This document shows, in pieces, positions 20,438 to 29,238 of a DNA stretch of 64,000 nucleotides. The notes beneath the pieces are model-generated. The model did no database searches. It was not told the DNA's origin and saw only the letters and a program-made list of their open reading frames with translations. Numbering within the stretch: the stretch's first letter is position 1; every line of letters begins with the position of its first letter. The translations under genes were made by a program, and so were the position numbers. This DNA is from an uncultured Gammaproteobacteria bacterium (lineage in GTDB: Bacteria; Patescibacteriota; Microgenomatia; UBA8517): contig OZ246419.1 in NCBI GenBank assembly GCA_965231135.1, forward strand, positions 8,411 to 72,410. The letters are read 5' to 3'.

Positions 20438-21491
20438 TTATAATTACATAACGGGCAGATTTTGTTTGCCCTTCCTTTTTAATAATACCTTTTTTAATCA
20501 AATCTGTAAGATCTCTTAAAACTGTATCTTCTGAGACAAAATTCAAAACGCTTTTTAATTCTTTCATACCAGCGCTTTCTTCATCAGATAAAAATTCTAC
20601 TAATTTCATTTGCCTTTCAGAAAGGGCAACTTGATTGCCGATTTTTGTTTTTAGACGAGTGTCAACAGACAATTTTCTGACTCTTTCTTTTATTTTTGCA
20701 AGCTCGCTTGCAACAACCAAAGTAAAATATTCAAGCCAAGGAGTCAGATCTCTTAATCCCAAATTTTCATTTGCAGAGTCTACTTTACCAAGCGCCTCAT
20801 AATAAGCTCCCAAATCGTTATCAAAATGTTCTTCAAGAGCGAAAAAGCGCCTGATATCATAACCTTCTTTCAGCATGACAAGAGTTGTGAAAGCGCGAAC
20901 AGTACGACCATTTCCTTCAACATAAGGATGTATGGAAACTAAAACATAATGAGTGATACCAGCTCTGATTATTGGATGAATATCTTTTGCATCTGCCGAA
21001 TTAAGCCATTCAAAAAAATCTTCTAAAAGATAAGGAACTTCGATGAAATTGGGAGGAGAAAAAATAATCTTTCCAGTTCCCTCTTCTTTGATAACAACTT
21101 GAGTATTTCGAAGATGGCCAACTTTTGATGGATCAATTAATTTATCAACTGTGCTTTGGTGAATTAAATTTAATTCGGCTGTGTCGTATTTTTCTCTTTC
21201 TGATAACTGCCCCAAAAGATTTACAACGTTTCTGTAATTAATAACTTCCTGAATATCGCGGTCACGGGCATATACTTCTTCTCCTTCCAAAACTTTTTTG
21301 GTTTGGATCATAGTAAGATCATTTCCTTCAATATGAGTTCCGTGATAAACAGTGCGAACTAAAGCATCTGATTGAAATTGTTTTTCGAATGAAGGAACTA
21401 AGGGTGCGTTTTCGATAACTTCTTTGGAAGCTTCAGCTGCTGAAATATTTTTTAGAATTTTGTTTGAAATCGCAAATTTTGGAGAATACAT
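20424..21491 (-). CDS. Fic family protein with C-terminal winged HTH
   Basis: HPYVEGNGRTVR Fic motif; GTHIEGN inhibitory-type helix; SEDTVLRDLTDLIKKGII wHTH. Confidence 0.92.
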   Translation of the reverse strand: MYSPKFAISNKILKNISAAEASKEVIENAPLVPSFEKQFQSDALVRTVYHGTHIEGNDLTMIQTKKVLEGEEVYARDRDIQEVINYRNVVNLLGQLSEREKYDTAELNLIHQSTVDKLIDPSKVGHLRNTQVVIKEEGTGKIIFSPPNFIEVPYLLEDFFEWLNSADAKDIHPIIRAGITHYVLVSIHPYVEGNGRTVRAFTTLVMLKEGYDIRRFFALEEHFDNDLGAYYEALGKVDSANENLGLRDLTPWLEYFTLVVASELAKIKERVRKLSVDTRLKTKIGNQVALSERQMKLVEFLSDEESAGMKELKSVLNFVSEDTVLRDLTDLIKKGIIKKEGQTKSARYVIINANK

Positions 21492-21528
21492 AAATTATGA
21501 ACTTGTTCACAAGCTATGCTTATTTTAA

Positions 21529-21543
21529 CCGCAAAGAATGCGG
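21529..21543. promoter_or_regulatory. Palindromic candidate operator upstream of the Fic-ligase operon
   Basis: CCGCA-AAGAA-TGCGG next to a minus-strand TAAAAT (21522-21527). Confidence 0.4.
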
Positions 21544-21554
21544 GAAACAAGAAG

Positions 21555-21809
21555 TTATTTTTCTTGAAGTATTGTCTTGTGGAATGGACTTCCCATGGTT
21601 GTTATTGCATATCTTATGCCAGGATATCTGTTAACATTTCTGCCTAGAAACCCCATATAACAATAGTCAGGATGTTCTTCTGAAGATCTTCCAACTTCAA
21701 ACATGTGTTTAATTATTAATGTTTGTTCTTGTTTTGTTAATGATTCCAGATTTAATAAATCGTGAGTGCCTTGTTCTTCTTGATAAATACAAATACATTT
21801 TTCTTGCAT
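21555..21809 (-). CDS. Hypothetical protein (orphan)
   Basis: 84-aa ORF with TAAAAT upstream. Confidence 0.5.
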   Translation of the reverse strand: MQEKCICIYQEEQGTHDLLNLESLTKQEQTLIIKHMFEVGRSSEEHPDYCYMGFLGRNVNRYPGIRYAITTMGSPFHKTILQEK

Positions 21810-21826
21810 AGAAATAGTATTTTATC

Positions 21827-22678
21827 TTAATTTATTAATTTATTCAAAGCTTCTGGGATTTTAGAGGCGAGATCATCTGAGTTGTAATAAAACCCAACTT
21901 TCTTTTGCAATTCGTCGGCTGTGTATTTAATGATAAAACTTCCAGCACATGCACTTAAAACAGGATCGTTTTTGGCAAGCAAAGCTACTGTTAAACCAGC
22001 CTGAGTATCTCCTGTTCCGCCTTTGGTTAGACCAGCATTCCCGCCATGAATTTCAAAAACTTCGTCTTTGGAAAAAACAAAAGTCACCGGGCCTTTAACA
22101 ACAATAATGCAGTTATATTCTTTGGCTTTTTTACTTGCGACATCATGAGAAAATTCGGCGCCAAATAATAATTTAAATTCTTTTTTATTAGGGGTGAGAA
22201 TTGCATTTTCTGGAATAACATCAGGAGTTATTGTTTGCAGACTGCCGGCATCAATGACCCATTTTTTATTGGGGAATTTTTTAAGTAAAGATTCTGTGAT
22301 TTTTTTTGTTTCCATACAAACTTCATCGCAGATTTCGAATCGTTTATCATAGGGAGTTTTTTCGCTGTGGTAACGCATAAAACCAGGACCAATTAAAATA
22401 GCATCTGATTTTTCTACATAGCTTTCTACCTCGTTCCAAGGAACCCAAATGAAGGAAAATAATTTACTTTTTAAGCTTTCTGCAATCATGCCAACACTTT
22501 TTTCAGGAGATGAAAAGAAGACCATGTCAACAATTCGAGAAGCTACAATTAAGCCAAAAAGCGGAGCACCATGGAAGAGCGAGGATCCACCTATGATTGT
22601 TACCTGACCGTTATCTTCCCCACTACTGTCCTTGTGCGGGAAATATAGTTTTTTAAGCTGAGCTTTGTCGAAAATCAT
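21827..22678 (-). CDS. nnrD: ADP-dependent NAD(P)H-hydrate dehydratase (YjeF C-terminal domain)
   Basis: GQVTIIGGS...GAP, IGPG, VIDA, ILTPN, VKGP, GGTGD. Confidence 0.88.
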   Translation of the reverse strand: MIFDKAQLKKLYFPHKDSSGEDNGQVTIIGGSSLFHGAPLFGLIVASRIVDMVFFSSPEKSVGMIAESLKSKLFSFIWVPWNEVESYVEKSDAILIGPGFMRYHSEKTPYDKRFEICDEVCMETKKITESLLKKFPNKKWVIDAGSLQTITPDVIPENAILTPNKKEFKLLFGAEFSHDVASKKAKEYNCIIVVKGPVTFVFSKDEVFEIHGGNAGLTKGGTGDTQAGLTVALLAKNDPVLSACAGSFIIKYTADELQKKVGFYYNSDDLASKIPEALNKLIN

Positions 22679-22708
22679 ATATCAACTATACTATACATAT
22701 TCTTAAAT

Positions 22709-22966
22709 ATGGCTGACAAGGAAACACAGAAAGAAAAGAATTTGCGAGAACAGACAGTTGAGCAAATGCTAACTCTTATAACCAGCGCTTTTGGGCTTGT
22801 TGCAGCACTTGCATGGAACCAAGTTATACAAGAAATAATTACTGACTATGTAAAACCATTTTTTGGTAAGGATTCAGGCTTAATCAGCCTGCTTATTTAT
22901 GCAGTAATTGTGACGGTATTTGCAGTACTTGTTACCTATTTTGTGGCAAGACTGAAGAAAGATTAA
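22709..22966 (+). CDS. DUF5654-like small membrane protein
   Basis: LITSAFGLVAALAWN...LIYAVIVT. Confidence 0.8.
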   Translation: MADKETQKEKNLREQTVEQMLTLITSAFGLVAALAWNQVIQEIITDYVKPFFGKDSGLISLLIYAVIVTVFAVLVTYFVARLKKD

Positions 22967-23142
22967 TACTTATCTGGGTCTTCAAACCAAACAGGCGTTG
23001 GTGTTGGATGTTTTAAATAATCAGGCTTCTCGTTGGAAACTTGTTTGGATGGGTTTTTTAATTTTTCTGTTTTATTGAGTCGAGCAGCTTCTTGAAAACC
23101 TGGAGCAATTTGTTTAATAATACCTTCTTTTATTTCAGGCAT
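22963..23142 (-). CDS. Small hypothetical protein (59 aa, not in ORF track)
   Basis: MPEIKEGIIKQIAPGFQEAAR...PVWFEDPDKY*; fills the recF-DUF5654 gap. Confidence 0.45.
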   Translation of the reverse strand: MPEIKEGIIKQIAPGFQEAARLNKTEKLKNPSKQVSNEKPDYLKHPTPTPVWFEDPDKY

Positions 23143-23150
23143 TTAATGAA

Positions 23151-24161
23151 TTATATTCCTAACTCTATTTTTTCGTCAACTTTGAAGTTTTCTAAAAATT
23201 CCGGGTCTGCAGTTGTAATAATAGTTTGTTGATTTTTGGTTACATTAAAAACAATTTCTCTGTGGAATTCATCTAATTCTGAGAAGATATCATCTAATAA
23301 AAGAGTTGGCTTTTTATTTGTTTTGTTAAAAATAAACTCTAACTCCGACAATTTGATCCACAAAATTCCCATTCTTTGCTCTCCTCTGCTTCCAAAAGAA
23401 CTTAAATTTTTTCCTTTATATTGAAAAATAAAATCATCTCTATGGGGGCCAACTAAAGTTGTAGCGGATGCTATTTCAGCTATTTCGTAGTCGCTTAATC
23501 TTTTTTCGCTAATTACACTTTTATCGTATGTAATTTTATATTCACCACTTAAAGAATTATTTTCATTTATAAAATTAATAAAATTTTCTCTTGACATACT
23601 TATATAATCTCCAGCTTTTATTAAAAGTTGATTCCAAAAAAGTAATTGAGATGAAGGCAAATGCTCTTCGCGAATTCTAAATAATAATTTATTTCTTGAT
23701 CGCAAACCTTTTTCATAAGACAATAATTGTCTGCGATATTCTCTATCAACTTGCGACAATGCATTATCCAAAAATTTTCTTCTTAAAGAAGGAGAGGAAG
23801 TAACTAAATCTAAATCAGAAGGAGCAAATAAAACTGTTTTTAAATTACCTGCAAAATCAACCATTCGTTTATTAACTGCGTTTACTAAAAACTTTTTGTG
23901 AGATATTTTACTTAAAATAACTTCTAATTTTGCATTATCAGACAACAGCCCCTTTATCCTTGCGAAGTCTTTTTTTTCTTTAATTATTTCATTTTCTAAA
24001 TTGGATTTGAAAGATTTACCAATAGAAAGCATAAAAATACTTTCTAAAAGATTTGTTTTACCTGCTGCATTTGGGCCAACAATAACTGTTGTGTCTTTTG
24101 CAAACGTAAAAACATCATCAGGAAGATTTCTAAAATTTTGAAGACGGACTTTTTGGATCAT
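23151..24161 (-). CDS. recF: DNA replication and repair protein RecF
   Basis: LQNFRN, GPNAAGKTN, GPHRDD, SRGEQR, LLLDDIFSELD; ATG at 24161 overlaps the upstream TGA. Confidence 0.95.
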   Translation of the reverse strand: MIQKVRLQNFRNLPDDVFTFAKDTTVIVGPNAAGKTNLLESIFMLSIGKSFKSNLENEIIKEKKDFARIKGLLSDNAKLEVILSKISHKKFLVNAVNKRMVDFAGNLKTVLFAPSDLDLVTSSPSLRRKFLDNALSQVDREYRRQLLSYEKGLRSRNKLLFRIREEHLPSSQLLFWNQLLIKAGDYISMSRENFINFINENNSLSGEYKITYDKSVISEKRLSDYEIAEIASATTLVGPHRDDFIFQYKGKNLSSFGSRGEQRMGILWIKLSELEFIFNKTNKKPTLLLDDIFSELDEFHREIVFNVTKNQQTIITTADPEFLENFKVDEKIELGI

Positions 24162-24592
24162 ACTAAACGTATTACCAAATGCAGTACACCGCGCGCAAGT
24201 GCAAGAGCAACGAAAGAAGATGTGGCGCAAATGAAAATAACTAATAAATATTTATATTTAAAATCTTTTAAAATTAAATGGGAAGTTAAACTTGCAAAAA
24301 GCGGGCCACCAATATAACCAATAAGAATTGTTGCTGTAACTGCTCCAAATTTTATAAATTTATCCAGAAATTTTTGTTCTGCAGATTTTTTCTTGTTTTT
24401 AATAATTTTTACAAACGAGAAAAGGTTTTCGTGTTCAAAAAAATAAAGCCATAAAAATCCAAAAAAAGAAGCTGAGGAGACTTCAATTAAGAAAGCTGCT
24501 GGAGTGTTTGGAAATAAAACCATTGCAATAAATAAGCTTCTAGTAAAAACAACATAAATTATTAAAACAATTAAAGCTTTTATGTATTGCAT
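24158..24592 (-). CDS. Hypothetical membrane protein
   Basis: About 4 TMs; coupled between mutM and recF. Confidence 0.65.
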   Translation of the reverse strand: MQYIKALIVLIIYVVFTRSLFIAMVLFPNTPAAFLIEVSSASFFGFLWLYFFEHENLFSFVKIIKNKKKSAEQKFLDKFIKFGAVTATILIGYIGGPLFASLTSHLILKDFKYKYLLVIFICATSSFVALALARGVLHLVIRLV

Positions 24593-25461
24593 TAAAATAG
24601 TTTACTTTCTTTTGTTTCGGGCTGACAATATGGACAATAATAAGTACCGCGGCCGCCAAGCATTATTTTGATTATCTTCTCTTTTTTACAGACAGGACAT
24701 AAAATACCTTGTTTTCCATAAACCAAGGTGTGACGCTGATATCCTCCTTCTCCACCGTCTGGAGTTACAAAAGTATTTTCTGAAGAACCACCGTGTTTCA
24801 TTCCCTCGTTTAAAACTTCATGAATAGCATCAAAAAGTTTTTTAGTTTCATTTTCGTTTAAAGAGTTTGCAGGACGAGCAGGATTTATTTTTGATAAATA
24901 AAGAGCATCGTTTGCATAAATATTTCCAACCCCTGCAACTTTGCTTTGGTCCATAATTACGACTTTTACTGGACGACGAGTTTTTGATAAGACATTTTTG
25001 AAATATTCTAAGGTTAAATTTTTAAAAGGCTCTGGACCCATTTTGCCCACTAAATCAGTTTTTTCAACATCTTTTGTGTCGACAATTTTAAACCAACCAA
25101 ATTTTCGAAAATCATTGTAATAAATTTTCCCATCGTTATCTAAAGTAAAAATTACATGAGTATGAGGGCCGCCAAGACCTCCAGAAATTTTTGGAGATAA
25201 TAATGGCTTTTTTAAATTCGGACCTCTATAAATAACTTGGCCGGTCATTTTGACATGAATCATTAAAGATTTATTGTTATCAAGATCCAATACTGTGACT
25301 TTGCCAAAACGCCTTGCTTTAATAAATTTTGCGCCAATGATTTCTTTTTCATCTCCTTGAAAAATTCTTCTATCTTTAACTTCTAAGGAAATAATTTTGT
25401 GTCCTAATAAAAACTTTTCTAATTGTAAACGAATTGATTCAACTTCTGGAAGCTCTGGCAT
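24592..25461 (-). CDS. mutM: Formamidopyrimidine-DNA glycosylase
   Basis: MPELPEVE, RRFGK, GVGNIYA, C-terminal CPVC...RGTYYCPYCQ zinc finger. Confidence 0.97.
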   Translation of the reverse strand: MPELPEVESIRLQLEKFLLGHKIISLEVKDRRIFQGDEKEIIGAKFIKARRFGKVTVLDLDNNKSLMIHVKMTGQVIYRGPNLKKPLLSPKISGGLGGPHTHVIFTLDNDGKIYYNDFRKFGWFKIVDTKDVEKTDLVGKMGPEPFKNLTLEYFKNVLSKTRRPVKVVIMDQSKVAGVGNIYANDALYLSKINPARPANSLNENETKKLFDAIHEVLNEGMKHGGSSENTFVTPDGGEGGYQRHTLVYGKQGILCPVCKKEKIIKIMLGGRGTYYCPYCQPETKESKLF

Positions 25462-25498
25462 AGTTGCATTATAACAAAAATTTTCATATTATAATTTT

Positions 25499-25693
25499 GT
25501 GGTAACTAAAGAAAGGAGATATCATCCGGAGGCGTTGGGTAGCGGTATTGGTTTGATGGTGGGATCGTTTGAACGAGTAATTGTAAATATAAATCTATTT
25601 GGACCTTTATTTTTTTCTGGGTTAATAATAACAGCAACAACTTTTATTATCGATGGGACGAGATTTGTTGATTCTACCAAAAAAGTTAAGTAA
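25499..25693 (+). CDS. Small hypothetical membrane protein (orphan)
   Basis: 64 aa, GTG start a few nt after TATAAT. Confidence 0.4.
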   Translation: MVTKERRYHPEALGSGIGLMVGSFERVIVNINLFGPLFFSGLIITATTFIIDGTRFVDSTKKVK

Positions 25694-26858
25694 CTTTTTT
25701 AATAAAGCTTCTAATTTTTTGTTTGAATTTTTCTTTTGAAAACTTCTTGGCATTATCTTGAATTGTTTTTTTATTCCATTTTATTTTTTCAAATTTCGAA
25801 ATTGCTTTTGATAAACTATCAATTGTTAACTCATCAAAGAAAATTCCAGTTTTATTTTCGATAACACTTTCCAAATAACCACCTCCACGATATGCAATTA
25901 CAGGAGTTCCTGTGATTTGAGATTCAATTGCAGTGATTCCAAAATCCTCGTCTTTTTGGGCAACAATAAATCCTGATGCACCTGCATATAAATCATATAA
26001 ATTTTTGTCGTCTACTTTCCCTAAAAATTCTACCAACGAAGTTGCGCGAGCTTTGCTCATATTTTTATTGGCAAGACTTTTTAATTCATTGTCTAAAATC
26101 CCGGTACCAAAGATTTTTAATTTAACATTTGCTTTCATACAAGCTTTGATTATTAAATCAAAATTTTTAGCAGCGACCAATCTTCCTCCAGCTAGGAAAT
26201 ATCTCTCGTTCGAATCGTAAAAACTCGCTCCTTCGGACTTCGTGGCCAGTCGACTCGTTTTTACTGGATTCTCACTTTGCAATTCCACTGGCGGATAAAT
26301 TACTACAGAATCTTTGTGATAAAAATCCTGGATGCGATTTGCTACATTTTTGGAATTGGCTATAAAATAGTCTACTTTTTGAGACATTTTGGAGTCATAA
26401 TTTCTTAAAAATTCATTCACAAAACCTGCATATATTTTTATTAACGGTCCGTACCATTTATTTTTCCAAGATCTCGAAGTATCAAAACCATAAATATATC
26501 TAGGAGGAGTATGACAATAGCAAATTTCTATTTGATTATCTTTTGTTTTAAAACCACGAGTAATTGCCCAGGCGGAACTATCGATAATTAAATCGTAATC
26601 GCTTAAATCAAATTCTTTCCAAATAATTGGTAAGCAAAAGCGAAGAGGAGAAATTAAAATGTCTGCAAAAGGAAGATTTCCAAACCAACTTTGGATAATT
26701 TTTATGTTTTTAAAATCTTCTTTAAATTTTCCTAATTTGTCTGGTCTGTAAATAGAAACATATACCGGCGCATCAGGATAAATTTCATGGAGAGCTAAAA
26801 GAACGCGCTCTGCGCCGCCGAAATCTATTAAATAATCATGGACAATAGCTACTTTCAT
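25686..26858 (-). CDS. Glycosyltransferase family 4 (mannosyltransferase-like)
   Basis: KVAIVHDYL...GGAERVL, YCHTPPRY, IYPPV, EDFGITAIES. Confidence 0.92.
   Translation of the reverse strand: MKVAIVHDYLIDFGGAERVLLALHEIYPDAPVYVSIYRPDKLGKFKEDFKNIKIIQSWFGNLPFADILISPLRFCLPIIWKEFDLSDYDLIIDSSAWAITRGFKTKDNQIEICYCHTPPRYIYGFDTSRSWKNKWYGPLIKIYAGFVNEFLRNYDSKMSQKVDYFIANSKNVANRIQDFYHKDSVVIYPPVELQSENPVKTSRLATKSEGASFYDSNERYFLAGGRLVAAKNFDLIIKACMKANVKLKIFGTGILDNELKSLANKNMSKARATSLVEFLGKVDDKNLYDLYAGASGFIVAQKDEDFGITAIESQITGTPVIAYRGGGYLESVIENKTGIFFDELTIDSLSKAISKFEKIKWNKKTIQDNAKKFSKEKFKQKIRSFIKKVT
26034..26060. repeat. 27-nt double mini-hairpin inserted in-frame in the GT4 gene
   Basis: CAAC-GAA-GTTG cgc GAGC-TTT-GCTC; encodes the extra peptide MSKARATSL between LANKN and VEFLG. 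Confidence 0.6.
26212..26271. repeat. 60-nt imperfect palindrome inserted in-frame in the GT4 gene
   Basis: Arms GAATC-GTAAAAAC / GTTTTTAC-TG-GATTC enclose the TCC-TTC-GGA and AC-TTC-GT mini-hairpins; GC-richer than the host gene. Confidence 0.55.
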
Positions 26859-26916
26859 ATTAACTATTATATCTTTTATATTTGACTTCTAAAAATAGAA
26901 ATTATATAAGCAATTG

Positions 26917-27267
26917 ATGCCGGAAAATATTGGGGTTGGTTATTCATTTGAAGTAAACGGAGAAATTACAAAACAACATGAAACCGGCGACGTTTTGTTC
27001 TTTTTTGTCCCGGGGAACTGGCATTTTTTGAATGACATTAAAACATTAAACGAAAGTGAGATTTTTGAGATTGAATACAAACTAAAAGAACAGGAAAGAA
27101 CGAAATTGAGCAGACAAATTGTTGAAGAGAAAGGTTTTAATAAACATTTTTTATTTTCTTATATGGCAGAAACCGGATGTTATTTTGCATATATAAAAAG
27201 CTGGCCTGCTTTGGAGGAATATAATGCTGGAATTTATGCTTATAAAAAGATAGGCGAATTTAAATAA
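26917..27267 (+). CDS. Hypothetical protein (orphan)
   Basis: TTGACT-17-TATAAG promoter 6 nt before ATG 26917; convergent overlap with the exonuclease. Confidence 0.55.
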   Translation: MPENIGVGYSFEVNGEITKQHETGDVLFFFVPGNWHFLNDIKTLNESEIFEIEYKLKEQERTKLSRQIVEEKGFNKHFLFSYMAETGCYFAYIKSWPALEEYNAGIYAYKKIGEFK

Positions 27268-28141
27268 GAGGAAGTTGTTTAACACGAGCGGTTAAAGTTT
27301 TAAAACCAATTTCGGCAAATTCATCTAGGACTTTTTGACTATTTAAACTCCATTTCCCGGAATCTTCTAAATTAAAAGTTATTGGGACATCAACCATAAT
27401 AGTTGCTAAGTTTTTAGACATTACAGCGGACTCGGCACCAAGAGCTAATTTTTTGGAAATTTTCTCGGGAATATTTGAAATGTCTTTGTAGATATCTTCA
27501 AGAGTTTTATATTGCCTTAATAACTTTGTTGCTGTCCCCGGGCCTATTCCTGGGACTCCGGGATAATTGTCTGATGAATCCCCTGCAAGACCTTTGTAAT
27601 CAATAATTTGTGAAGCTTTGACACCCATCCTGTCAAAAACTTCTTTTTCATTATAAAGCTTTGCTTTATTTATTCCCTGGACTGGCATGTAAACTTGAAC
27701 TTTATTTTTATCATTTACTAATTGCAAAATATCACGATCACCTGTAACGATTACAACTTCGTCGACCAAACCAACGCATTGGTGAACAATTGTGCCGATG
27801 CAATCGTCTGCCTCATAACGCTCTTTTTTGTAAATTGGAATATTCATCGCTTTTAAAACTTTATAAGTTAACTCGAATTGACTTGATAAATCTGATTGAA
27901 GGCGAGGACGAGTTGCTTGATAACCGACATATTGAGCTTTTCTCAAGGTTTCAACCGGCGTATCAAAACAAACTGCAATGTGAGTTGGATTTTGAGCTGT
28001 TACTAAATTAATCAAAATCGCTACAAAGCCGTAAACAGCATTAACCGGCTCACCTCTCTTACTTTTTAAATTTGAAGGAAGAGCGTGAAAGGCACGGTGC
28101 AAAATTGCATTGCCATCAATGAGAATCAGTTTTGTCTGCAT
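27260..28141 (-). CDS. Stand-alone 5'-3' exonuclease / flap endonuclease (PolA N-terminal domain)
   Basis: LIDGNAILHRAFHA, YQATR, EADD, TGDRD, GDSSDNYPGVPGIG; no polymerase domain. Confidence 0.92.
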   Translation of the reverse strand: MQTKLILIDGNAILHRAFHALPSNLKSKRGEPVNAVYGFVAILINLVTAQNPTHIAVCFDTPVETLRKAQYVGYQATRPRLQSDLSSQFELTYKVLKAMNIPIYKKERYEADDCIGTIVHQCVGLVDEVVIVTGDRDILQLVNDKNKVQVYMPVQGINKAKLYNEKEVFDRMGVKASQIIDYKGLAGDSSDNYPGVPGIGPGTATKLLRQYKTLEDIYKDISNIPEKISKKLALGAESAVMSKNLATIMVDVPITFNLEDSGKWSLNSQKVLDEFAEIGFKTLTARVKQLPLI

Positions 28142-28352
28142 TATCTTCTGATTCTAATTGTTTTATTTCTGTATTTAAAGACTCAACAAAACTTTCATAA
28201 ACTTTGATTTGAGCGTACTTAATTTCAGATGCTGAATCTTCATGGTGCACTCCCCTAAAGTTTTTATGCAAAATTTCAAGATGAGCAATAATTTCATCAC
28301 GTTTAGTGTGAAGTTCTTTTAATTTTTCTGGTTTGGATTTTTGATCTTTCAT
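28116..28352 (-). CDS. Small coiled-coil hypothetical protein
   Basis: 78 aa, begins 2 nt after the tRNA-Ile CCA end. Confidence 0.6.
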   Translation of the reverse strand: MKDQKSKPEKLKELHTKRDEIIAHLEILHKNFRGVHHEDSASEIKYAQIKVYESFVESLNTEIKQLESEDNADKTDSH

Positions 28353-28354
28353 AT

Positions 28355-28429
28355 TGGTGGGCCCTGATGGAGTCGGACCATCCTTTGGTCTTTATAAGAG
28401 ACCCGTCCTAGCCGATGAACGAAGGGCCC
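28355..28429 (-). tRNA. tRNA-Ile(TAT)
   Basis: GGGCCCT/AGGGCCC acceptor stem, A73 and CCA encoded; GGTCT-CTTATAA-AGACC anticodon arm; GATGG-TCCGACT-CCATC T arm. Confidence 0.9.
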
Positions 28430-28446
28430 AAACTGAAGCTATTATA

Positions 28447-28797
28447 TCATTTCATTACTTCTTTTACTCGAAATTCTGTAATTTGTTTTACTAAATCCCA
28501 AGGGATTTCTTTGTTTACTGGAAACTGAATTGTGCCTTTTGAAGTTTTATAATTTTTTAATTCTTTTTGGAAGTGGGAAACACCTGATGAAGTTGGGAAA
28601 AAACTGTAATGATCAGGAAAGCTTGCAAAATGAACCAAATTTTTGCCATTTAATTTGAAAGTTGGGACTCCATAATTAATTGACTCGGTTGCATTTGGTG
28701 CAATGTCATGAATTGTTTTACGAAATTTATTTAAAATTTCTTGAACTTCTTTTGGATAATAAGCGATATATTCGTCAATTGTTTTTACATTTTTCAT
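28447..28797 (-). CDS. DUF1801 / YdhG-like protein
   Basis: TIDEYI...ESINYGVPTF...KTSKGTIQFP...IPWDLV. Confidence 0.88.
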   Translation of the reverse strand: MKNVKTIDEYIAYYPKEVQEILNKFRKTIHDIAPNATESINYGVPTFKLNGKNLVHFASFPDHYSFFPTSSGVSHFQKELKNYKTSKGTIQFPVNKEIPWDLVKQITEFRVKEVMK

Positions 28798-28829
28798 AAT
28801 TCAAAGGTCATTTGATATAATCATATCAA

Positions 28830-29237
28830 ATGACAGACTATCGAGACGCAGTTGAGAGAGCTCTAGCTAAAGAAAAAGGGCAAAACATTTTTGCAAAAAA
28901 TGGTCAATGGTCTTTATCTAAACCAACAGAATATCACCCAACTGTTTCTGTTAATTGTAATTTTACAGAAGGAATTTATCCTGGAGGGATTAACATTGAA
29001 ACACCTAATTTAGAACAAGCACAGAGATTATTTAATCACAATCGGTCTAAATTGGCAGAAGCTTTTAGCATGCTTAGTTTAAATCCAATGCGCCCTCCAA
29101 ATATTGAAGAAACTGATTGGAAGTTTGAATATGATGATCATAATGAACATCCTGAATATAAATATAATGCAGTTCGCGGAACACTTAATGGTTTATTTGG
29201 AGAAGAAATTAAGTTTTCAATGACGAAACAATATTAG
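28830..29237 (+). CDS. Hypothetical protein (orphan)
   Basis: 135 aa, TATAAT upstream, stop 1 nt from the convergent gene's stop. Confidence 0.55.
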   Translation: MTDYRDAVERALAKEKGQNIFAKNGQWSLSKPTEYHPTVSVNCNFTEGIYPGGINIETPNLEQAQRLFNHNRSKLAEAFSMLSLNPMRPPNIEETDWKFEYDDHNEHPEYKYNAVRGTLNGLFGEEIKFSMTKQY

Positions 29238-29238
29238 T

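Noticed and set aside
24162-24230. Cys-rich N-terminal extension of RecF
   Set aside because: It overlaps the upstream gene; the real start is the ATGA-coupled ATG at 24161.
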